Shown here: positions 15,543 to 22,246 of the stretch, in pieces
Position numbering within the stretch: the stretch's first letter is position 1
How the letters are laid out: each line of letters begins with the position of its first letter
Origin: a virus
IMG/VR virus record: IMGVR_UViG_3300009285_000028
Coordinates: 1-40,418 of that record
Reading direction: 5' to 3' (one strand)
Length of the DNA: 40,418 nucleotides
The notes under the pieces: generated by a model
What the model saw: only the letters and a program-made list of their open reading frames with translations
Told to the model about the DNA's origin: nothing
Database searches by the model: none
Translations under genes and position numbers: made by a program

Positions 15543-15745
15543 TGTCCGTCCAAGAGCTCGCGGCCATGATAGGCCAGCAAGGCACCGTGGAGGTCCGAGC
15601 CTCGGACAAGGAGACCTTCCGGGTGGCGGTCGTGGTCCTGGACGTGAAACAGGCGTACGGTCACACGAGAGCCCTGGTGGAGCCCGTAGCCGGCGAAGGG
15701 CGAGTGTGGGTAGGGTCGGAGCGAGTCAGGATGGAGGGGGCGTGA
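15539..15745 (+). CDS. Small protein, 68 aa, first of three with a conserved ...ERV(R/K)(M/V) C-terminus
   Basis: ATGA overlap; ends GSERVRMEGA. Confidence 0.55.
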   Translation: MMSVQELAAMIGQQGTVEVRASDKETFRVAVVVLDVKQAYGHTRALVEPVAGEGRVWVGSERVRMEGA

Positions 15746-15975
15746 TGACAAACGCACTGCGGGAAGGCGCAACGCCGGCGGTGCTGAGCATCTTGTCCGA
15801 TACGGCGCACGGTGAAGAGGTGGGATTCACGTTCGAGCGGGAGGACGGTACTCACGAGACGTTCAAGGTCCCCGTGGAGGCGTGGTGGGTACGCGCGCTG
15901 GCCCGAGACATGGTGCTTCGGCTCGTGGAGGGTCGGGTAGGGGCGGAGCGAGTCAAGATGGGGGGGGTGGAGTGA
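15745..15975 (+). CDS. Small protein, 76 aa, second of the ERV trio
   Basis: TGATG junction; ends GAERVKMGGVE. Confidence 0.55.
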   Translation: MTNALREGATPAVLSILSDTAHGEEVGFTFEREDGTHETFKVPVEAWWVRALARDMVLRLVEGRVGAERVKMGGVE

Positions 15976-15976
15976 G

Positions 15977-16189
15977 ATGACGGCGTACGTGAGGTGGGTC
16001 GAGGATGAGAACGGCGATGCCGTGGACGTGGAGACGTACTGCGTCCTTCACGCTCCGCCCGCTGCCCGCCGCTGGCCGTGCTACGGCGATGAGCTGAACC
16101 CCGGGGAGGCCGCATACTGCCCGACCTGCGAGCGGCCCGTAGCTTTCGGGGATGCCGAGCGAGTCAAGGTCACAGGAGGCAAGGCATGA
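15977..16189 (+). CDS. Small Cys-containing protein, 70 aa, third of the ERV trio
   Basis: Ends DAERVKVTGGKA; CPTCERP motif. Confidence 0.55.
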   Translation: MTAYVRWVEDENGDAVDVETYCVLHAPPAARRWPCYGDELNPGEAAYCPTCERPVAFGDAERVKVTGGKA

Positions 16190-16368
16190 GAGAGACCGAG
16201 TGCCCATCCCCGGCGCACCTGGTCAACGACCACGGCCTGCTGCTCTCGAGGTGGGACGCCAGGCCGCAGGTGGAGCCAGCGGATGAGCTGCGGCGCCAGC
16301 GTGGGCTGGTGGAAGCACACCGTCTCGCGCATGACGAGCACCGCGAAAGGGTGAGGACAGATGGGTGA
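16186..16368 (+). CDS. Hypothetical protein, 60 aa
   Basis: ATGA overlap. Confidence 0.5.
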   Translation: MRETECPSPAHLVNDHGLLLSRWDARPQVEPADELRRQRGLVEAHRLAHDEHRERVRTDG

Positions 16369-16549
16369 GACGACGAACGAGGTCATCCTGCTCGACTGTC
16401 GCTGGTGCGGTCACCAGGGCGTGCATGGTGTCGAGATAGAGTTCCGCGACGACCTCGCCGATTGGCAGTGTGTCGACGCAAAGGCTTGCAACGAGCGGGA
16501 GGCCGTGGTTGCCGAGGAGAACGTCCAGGAGGGAGAGACAGATGGGTGA
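16361..16549 (+). CDS. Zinc-ribbon protein, 62 aa
   Basis: CRWCGH...C...C. Its start sits in the repeated junction GACAGATGGGTGAGA. Confidence 0.55.
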   Translation: MGETTNEVILLDCRWCGHQGVHGVEIEFRDDLADWQCVDAKACNEREAVVAEENVQEGETDG

Positions 16550-16712
16550 GAAGCTACGCAGGGTCGCAGCCGGTCTGGTCATCGTGGCCAGCCTCGGACT
16601 GAGCACCTACTTCCTGCCGGGCCAGCCCTGCTGGGGTGTGGGTCGGCACGAGGGAACCAAGGCGACGTTCTGGTGCGTCCCGACACCCCCGGAAGGAGTG
16701 AGCGTGCGATGA
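16542..16712 (+). CDS. Membrane/secreted micro-protein, 56 aa
   Basis: Same junction repeat; hydrophobic VAAGLVIVASLGLSTYF. Confidence 0.45.
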   Translation: MGEKLRRVAAGLVIVASLGLSTYFLPGQPCWGVGRHEGTKATFWCVPTPPEGVSVR

Positions 16713-17002
16713 GTGAGAGCGGAACGGCATACGGAGCACGGTACGACGGCGGTACGGTGGTGGAGGTGCTGGAGTATGCAGCGGGTGACCTTTACCTCGC
16801 AGCGATGGGCGAGGGCAATCCGTTGTCCGCTTCAGATGATGTGCGCGCCGCCATCCCCCGCGCAGAAGCGATGGAGCGGGTGGTGGAGGCGGCGAAGGCT
16901 TGGCGTGCGGGTTCAACCGCCGCGACAGACCAGGGCCTGGTCGGGGCGCTCAATGAGCAGCTCGCTGCCTCCACTCCCCCTCGAAGAGGAGACGAAGGTT
17001 GA
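16709..17002 (+). CDS. Hypothetical protein, 97 aa; paralogue of 12271..12579
   Basis: ATGA overlap; AEAMERVVEAAKA block. Confidence 0.55.
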   Translation: MSESGTAYGARYDGGTVVEVLEYAAGDLYLAAMGEGNPLSASDDVRAAIPRAEAMERVVEAAKAWRAGSTAATDQGLVGALNEQLAASTPPRRGDEG

Positions 17003-17169
17003 TGTTCGCCTGCGACAAGGATTACGACGCGAACCCGGACCTCAAGATGCTCTGTCCGCGTTCGTACGGAGCATGTGAGGTCTGTGGCAAGGTGACCCTT
17101 TGCTACGACGTTCCCGGAGCGTGGGCCTCCAGGGCCGTCCTTCGGGGCGGTCCTTGCGTTATGCCCTAG
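17002..17169 (+). CDS. Cys-rich micro-protein, 55 aa; last gene of the early block
   Basis: TGATG junction; 7 Cys including CEVCG. The stop TAG lies inside motif copy B. Confidence 0.45.
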   Translation: MFACDKDYDANPDLKMLCPRSYGACEVCGKVTLCYDVPGAWASRAVLRGGPCVMP

Positions 17170-17175
17170 ACAGAG
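17161..17175 (+). promoter_or_regulatory. Recurrent motif copy B: atGCCCTAGACAGAG
   Basis: The 10-mer GCCCTAGACA is shared with all copies. The downstream CCTGAG(C/G)GC sits at the same offset as in copy C. Confidence 0.45.
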
Positions 17176-17831
17176 GTGGAAGCCTGAGCGCAGTCCTGCA
17201 GGCGAGCAGGAGTCGGCGGGTGGGCCGGTCGGCCACCGAAGAGAGCCAGTATCCCCACGCCACCCCGGCAACGCGAACCGAACCCGCGTTCACCGTGGGC
17301 TTGCACGTCCTGAGGGATCTTGAGGACCATGAGAGGCTGAAGCGTGTAGGGCTCGTGGCCCTCCTTTGTTGAGGGTTCAGGGGTGCGGGGTAGGGGAGAG
17401 CTCGAGTCGAGTGGAGCGTCATCCATCCCTCATCCTGGGTTAGGAGGATGCCACCCGATACGCCACCCCGCCGTCTTGCCCGTGACCGCACCTACCGAGC
17501 GTGAGCCTCGTGCCTAGCTTACCGTAATCACCCTTATGGGCAGGTGTTTGCCCTGCTCAGCGCAGTGATGCGCATGGTGGGTGCTGATACGCACAGTGAG
17601 ATGGGGGCAGTAGCACTACGAACTTGCAGTGCTCTGTCCAACCCACCCCATGCCCCTGCGTACCCCATCTGACCAGGGGGTTTGCACCCGGTCCGTAAAA
17701 AGGAGGGTGTGGTGTTGTGTAGTGTGTCCCGCGTTCGTACGGTGAGAAATCGTTCTGAGTCGGCGTGAAGCGGAAGGAAACGTCGCCTAGCGGTTCGTGC
17801 CTGCGGCCCACTACCGAACCCTTGCTTCCGG

Positions 17832-17877
17832 GGCAGTGCCTTTCCCCCACGGGTCTGTCTGGGGGTCCTGCACTGCC
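17832..17877 (+). other. Extended two-tier hairpin (8 bp + 6 bp) just upstream of motif copy C
   Basis: GGCAGTGC/GCACTGCC pairs outside CCCCCA/TGGGGG, with a 10-nt apical loop and no U-tail. Confidence 0.6.
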
Positions 17878-17890
17878 GCAGTGACGTAGT

Positions 17891-17905
17891 GCGCCCTAGA
17901 CAGGG
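17891..17905 (+). promoter_or_regulatory. Recurrent motif copy C: GCGCCCTAGACAGGG
   Basis: 91 nt upstream of the first late ORF (17996). Confidence 0.5.
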
Positions 17906-17995
17906 GCGGTTTCCTGAGGGCGGGGTCGGTGGAAGACCCTTGTTCGCGTACGTGCGGTCCTCGGGGAAGTGCTGTGGAACGAAAGGGGCTCCGGT

Positions 17996-18103
17996 ATGGG
18001 CAAGAAGAGGGGCGGGGGTAAGCCCATCAAGGGCAAGACCACGAAGAAGCGCACCGGGGAGCGGGTCACGTACCCCAAGGGCCGGCCGCCCAAGCCGAGG
18101 TGA
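17996..18103 (+). CDS. Ultra-basic micro-protein, 35 aa (9 K, 5 R, 7 G; KGRPPKPR AT-hook-like end)
   Basis: 34 of 35 codons end in G/C. Sequence MGKKRGGGKPIKGKTTKKRTGERVTYPKGRPPKPR. Confidence 0.55.
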   Translation: MGKKRGGGKPIKGKTTKKRTGERVTYPKGRPPKPR

Positions 18104-18111
18104 GGTCCCTG

Positions 18112-18225
18112 ATGCCGGCGAAGAAGAAGATGACCCCCAAGCGCAAGGGCATGCACAAGATGCCTGGCGGCAAGATGATGACCGACGCCCAGATGAAGGC
18201 CATGAAGAAGAAGGGCATGAAGTAG
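18112..18225 (+). CDS. Met/Lys-rich micro-protein, 37 aa (9 M, 12 K)
   Basis: SD GAGGTGAGG upstream. 36 of 37 codons end in G/C. Sequence MPAKKKMTPKRKGMHKMPGGKMMTDAQMKAMKKKGMK. Confidence 0.55.
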   Translation: MPAKKKMTPKRKGMHKMPGGKMMTDAQMKAMKKKGMK

Positions 18226-18246
18226 GTGCCCCCGACTGGGGACTAG

Positions 18247-20133
18247 ATGCCCACCCGCACAGACCGACCCCTGCTCATCGACACCTCCGTGAAACGCCGT
18301 GGGCGCGAGGTGCAGGCGCGGCTGCGTAAGAGGTCGGGGACCAAGAACTTCCGCACCATGGACCTGGCTGAAGAGGTCGCCAAGCTCATGGAGCCGCCCA
18401 ACAGGTGGCCGAAGTACCTCATCGCCCAGTCCCTCGGCATCACCGAGCGCAGGGTGGCTCAGGCGCTGGCGTATCGGGCGAAGACGATGCACACCAAGCC
18501 GCTGTACGAGGACATCACCGACGAGGCGCGGGCGATGCTCGCGTGGTCGGTGGACGCCTTCGAGCGGTTCTTCATCACCTTCTCCGGGTACGACTCCTTG
18601 CCCAACCACGTCCGTCCCTGGATAGCGGCCTTCCTGGCACAGCGGAACCTCATCTTGAACGTGCCTCCCCGCCACGCGAAGTCCACCTACTTCATGGTCT
18701 GGATACCCATATGGCTCATCTGCCGGGACCGCAACGTGCAGTTGCTGCTCGTGTCCAAGACGCACGAGTTCGCGCAGAACTGGGCGCTGGAGATTGCGGC
18801 GAACCTCGAGCACAACGAGGGGCTCATCAAGGCGTACGGGGCCTTCAAGGCCGACAAGGAGGGCGACCAGAAGTGGAAGCCCAACTCGGGCACGTTCACC
18901 GTGCTCGGACGGACCAAGACCATCCGGGGCGCGCAGTTCACCGTCGAGTCTCGGGGCATGAACGGCCAGGTGCTCGGCCGTGAGGCGGACTTCATCATGG
19001 TGGACGACCCCACCGACCAGGAAGAGGCCGAATCCGAGACCTCGCGCCGACGCGAGCTGAAGCACCTCCAGGAGCAGGTGTTCACCCGCGCCGAGCCGCA
19101 GGCCGACAAACCCGGCGGACGCATCGCCGTGGTCGGTCAGAGGGTTCACCTGCTGGATGTGTACGGCACGCTCGCCAAGATGGAGTGGGAGATAGGTCCG
19201 AACAAGGGCGAGAAGCTCTGGCACGTCGAGAAGTACCCCGCCGTCTTGGACTGGGACTCCAAGCGGGTCCTGTGGCCGGAACGCCACTCGTGGGACGAGT
19301 TGATGCTCACCTACGCCCGTGTGGGCGGGCACGGGCCGTTCTCGACCCTGTTCCAGCAGGAGCCGCTGCCGGAGGGCTCGGCGCTTGTGACTCAAGCATG
19401 GGTCGAGGGTTGCCGCGACCACTCCCGCAACGCCTTCCAAGGGATGCGTGTGGACGACGCCGGGGCGCAGGTGCCGGTCGTCCGGGTGCTGTCGTTGGAC
19501 CCATCGCCGACGAAGTTCAACGGCATCGTCGTTGGGGACCTGTTCTACAACAAGGACCGCTTCGTGTTCGCCATGACCGAGGCTTACCGCCTCCAGGCGG
19601 GGCAGTACGGGGTCAAGGCCAAGGTGGACGAAATCATCAACCGGGCCAAGCCCGACTACTTCATCTTCGAGGAGTCCGGGTTCCTGCACTGGTTCCGAGA
19701 CGACCCGTGGTTCATGGAGCTGAAGGACCGCGTGAAGCTCGAGCTGCACCACACGGGCGCGAACAAGAACAGCATGGAGTACGGCGTGCAGTCCCTCGCC
19801 GGCGACTTCGAGTTCAAGAACCTCTCGTTCCCCTACGGCGACGACGAGGCGCGGCGCATGAGCGACCTGGTGTCAGGCGAAGCGCTCATCTACCCCTACG
19901 GCGAGACCACCGACATGCTGATGGCGCTGTGGTTCATCAAGTTCAACTACAAGCGCCTCTCTCCGGTGAGGTTCCTGCCCACCCGCGTCAAGGGGACCGA
20001 AGGCAGAGACACCACATGGAGTTGGTACAAGCAGTTGAAGGGCAAGAAGAACACACAGGAGGCGGCCTACCAGAAGTACAAGGCCGACAAGGCCAAGCGG
20101 CAGGCCGAGATGAGGAAGGTGGCAGTTGGCTGA
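18247..20133 (+). CDS. terL: Terminase large subunit with an N-terminal ~100-aa HTH-containing extension
   Basis: Walker A-like NVPPRHAKST, Walker B-like ADFIMVDDP and acidic nuclease-type blocks (VLSLDPS, FIFEESG). Followed by an overlapping portal-size gene. Confidence 0.85.
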   Translation: MPTRTDRPLLIDTSVKRRGREVQARLRKRSGTKNFRTMDLAEEVAKLMEPPNRWPKYLIAQSLGITERRVAQALAYRAKTMHTKPLYEDITDEARAMLAWSVDAFERFFITFSGYDSLPNHVRPWIAAFLAQRNLILNVPPRHAKSTYFMVWIPIWLICRDRNVQLLLVSKTHEFAQNWALEIAANLEHNEGLIKAYGAFKADKEGDQKWKPNSGTFTVLGRTKTIRGAQFTVESRGMNGQVLGREADFIMVDDPTDQEEAESETSRRRELKHLQEQVFTRAEPQADKPGGRIAVVGQRVHLLDVYGTLAKMEWEIGPNKGEKLWHVEKYPAVLDWDSKRVLWPERHSWDELMLTYARVGGHGPFSTLFQQEPLPEGSALVTQAWVEGCRDHSRNAFQGMRVDDAGAQVPVVRVLSLDPSPTKFNGIVVGDLFYNKDRFVFAMTEAYRLQAGQYGVKAKVDEIINRAKPDYFIFEESGFLHWFRDDPWFMELKDRVKLELHHTGANKNSMEYGVQSLAGDFEFKNLSFPYGDDEARRMSDLVSGEALIYPYGETTDMLMALWFIKFNYKRLSPVRFLPTRVKGTEGRDTTWSWYKQLKGKKNTQEAAYQKYKADKAKRQAEMRKVAVG

Positions 20134-21844
20134 GTCCAAGGCACTCAAGGTCTACAAGAACCGCGTGACCGAGCAGTACATCCTCGACCAGGTGCTCTAT
20201 CACTTCGACTCGGAGTCCTTCAGCGACCACAAGCGCCGCGTCGAGGATGGGGACCGCCTCTACAAGGGCGACCTGGCGGGGCTGTTCCCCGACGAACAGG
20301 CGCTTCCCGATACCCCGCTGGTGGAGAACAAGTTCAAGAACGCCATCCACGACTGCGCCCGCCTCGCAGCAGAGGGCCGGGGCCTGGTCAAAGCCATCCC
20401 CCGTGGAGACCGTGACCGCGACATGAAGGGTGCGCGCGTCGCCGAGGCCATCGACGAGGGCTACTGGACCGTCAATCGGATGCGTTACCGGGAGCGCAAG
20501 CTGTACCTGGACCTCATCGGCACCGGGATGATGGCGCTATCGGTGTTCTACAACGATGACTCGCCCTATCCGCAGATTCGCCACCTGGACCCGCGCTTCT
20601 GCTACCCGGATGTCGTCGATGGGCGGCTGAGCGACATGCTCTACGTGCAGACCATCAAGCGCCGTCAGGCCGCGCGGCTGTTCCCCGGCTTCGAGATAGA
20701 CGTTGACGGCGCGGACTCCTCCGACGTGATGCTCGTCGCCTACTACGACGACGAGGGGGTCTCCGAGGCGCTCACGTTCATCAACAACGACCGCCCCGAG
20801 CGGGCCATCATCACCAAGCAGTGGGCGCACGACCTCGGCGTGGTTCCCGTCGCGTTCGAGATGCTGGACACCTACGACGGGGCGTTCCACGGGCTGTTCG
20901 AGCAGCTCTCGGGGCCGCTCATGGTGCGCAACAAGATAGTGCGCTTCATGGTCGACTACATCGAGTCCATCGCGCACTCCCCGCTTGAAGCTCGGGGCAT
21001 CATCAACGCGGATACCCCGCCAGGGCCGGATACCGTATACCAGCACGACCTCACCGAAGAGAACACCCACATCGGCCGCGTTCCTCCCGCCGCCCCTGCC
21101 GGGTCACTCTTCGGGCTGCTCCAGTACATGGAGGGCCAGGAGGAGCGCGAGTCCATCCAGCCGCCTTCGCGCGTGGGCAATGTGTCGCAGTCCATCGCGT
21201 CGGGCAGCTTCGTGGACCGGACGCAGGGCCAGCTCACCTCGCTCATCAAGGAGTTGCAGGACAAGGTGGCCTCGCTCCGCGAACAGGCCAACCTCATCTG
21301 CAACAGGGTGGACGAGGTTCACCTGAACGTCGCCAAGCCGCTGCTGCGCCCCGTGTCTGGCCAGAAGATGTACACCCCGTCAAAGGACATCGACGGATGG
21401 TACCTGCACGAGGTCAAGTTCGGCGCAGGGGCCGGGCTGGACCGCCTGAACGCCGACGGGCGGGTGCTGAACCACCTGGCCGCGCGGCTCATCTCACGCG
21501 AAGAGGGCAGGGCCGAAATCGACTACCTCGACGACTCGGCATCCTCCCAGGACAAGGTGGACCGCGAGGCGCTGGCCGATGCCATCTTGCAGCGGTTCGT
21601 CCGCGACCCGGCCGTACCCATGTCCTCCATCGCCCGGACGTGGCTGCTGATGAAGAAGGACGGCAAGAGCCTGGACGAGGCGCTGGACGAGACCGTGCCC
21701 GAGATGCTCGCAGCCGAGGCCGCTGCGGCACCCCAGCCCGGCCCCGAGCAGATGGGCGGGACCCAGGGCGGGGCGTCCGAACTCGGGCAGGTCAATCTGC
21801 CGCTCCCGCCGCTCCAGCAGCTATTCGTCCGACAGGGGAGCTAA
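20126..21844 (+). CDS. Portal protein, 572 aa
   Basis: TTG start with GAGGAAGG upstream; overlaps the terL stop by 8 nt. Size and position are typical; no motif-level proof. Confidence 0.75.
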   Translation: MAESKALKVYKNRVTEQYILDQVLYHFDSESFSDHKRRVEDGDRLYKGDLAGLFPDEQALPDTPLVENKFKNAIHDCARLAAEGRGLVKAIPRGDRDRDMKGARVAEAIDEGYWTVNRMRYRERKLYLDLIGTGMMALSVFYNDDSPYPQIRHLDPRFCYPDVVDGRLSDMLYVQTIKRRQAARLFPGFEIDVDGADSSDVMLVAYYDDEGVSEALTFINNDRPERAIITKQWAHDLGVVPVAFEMLDTYDGAFHGLFEQLSGPLMVRNKIVRFMVDYIESIAHSPLEARGIINADTPPGPDTVYQHDLTEENTHIGRVPPAAPAGSLFGLLQYMEGQEERESIQPPSRVGNVSQSIASGSFVDRTQGQLTSLIKELQDKVASLREQANLICNRVDEVHLNVAKPLLRPVSGQKMYTPSKDIDGWYLHEVKFGAGAGLDRLNADGRVLNHLAARLISREEGRAEIDYLDDSASSQDKVDREALADAILQRFVRDPAVPMSSIARTWLLMKKDGKSLDEALDETVPEMLAAEAAAAPQPGPEQMGGTQGGASELGQVNLPLPPLQQLFVRQGS

Positions 21845-21847
21845 GAG

Positions 21848-22246
21848 ATGGCCGAGTTCAGGCGAGGACAGGGACCGAACGCTCTCCCGCAAGGTGGTGC
21901 AGCGCAGGTCAACGCAAGCACCCCGGCCGCAGAAGACCTCGCGGGTACACCGCTGGAGCCGGGCGGCGACATCCCGGTCGTGTATGCGCGCGGGGAAGCC
22001 GACCCGGTATCCAACGATGACAACGGGCTCAGTGAAGAGGCGCAGGTGCTCCTGGCCCCACCCAATCCCGGCTTCGCCCCTTCGCTGATGTCCGCCCAGG
22101 GGGCCGGGCGCGTTCCTCGCTACGTGGTGCGCCACCTGCCCATCCTGATGGCTGCGGCGCGTGACCCCGAGGCCCCCGTGACCATCCGTGCCCTCTACAA
22201 CGCGGTGGTCCGCCGCCTCGAGGCCGAGATGCGACAGGGGCTCTAG
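21848..22246 (+). CDS. Hypothetical head-module protein, 132 aa
   Basis: ATG 3 nt after the portal stop. Confidence 0.6.
   Translation: MAEFRRGQGPNALPQGGAAQVNASTPAAEDLAGTPLEPGGDIPVVYARGEADPVSNDDNGLSEEAQVLLAPPNPGFAPSLMSAQGAGRVPRYVVRHLPILMAAARDPEAPVTIRALYNAVVRRLEAEMRQGL

Larger units (their letters stand above)
17170..17995 (+). other. ORF-poor, hairpin-rich 0.83-kb region between the early and late modules (candidate ncRNA / packaging or replication site)
   Basis: No ORF has an SD or GC3 bias. Local hairpins at 17194-17211, 17219-17237, 17270-17290, 17348-17362, 17431-17450, 17538-17553, 17612-17633 and 17832-17877. TG-rich tract at 17706-17727. Confidence 0.6.

Noticed and set aside
17557-17850. 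97-aa minus-strand ORF inside the non-coding region
   Set aside because: Hand-counted GC3 (~65%) is no higher than the local background. It has no SD and a GTG start in a hairpin, with no neighbouring minus-strand genes. It cannot be excluded, but it is not supported.
17896-19752. 618-aa minus-strand ORF, and similar long antisense ORFs such as 25550..27607 (685 aa), 36417..37886 (489 aa), 23839..24919, 33866..34612 and 39622..40311
   Set aside because: Each lies antisense to a + strand gene with recognisable motifs (terminase, giant protein, tail fibre and others). Their translations are Arg/Gly/Pro/His/Val-rich and repetitive, and none has an SD. These are typical shadow frames of a high-GC genome.
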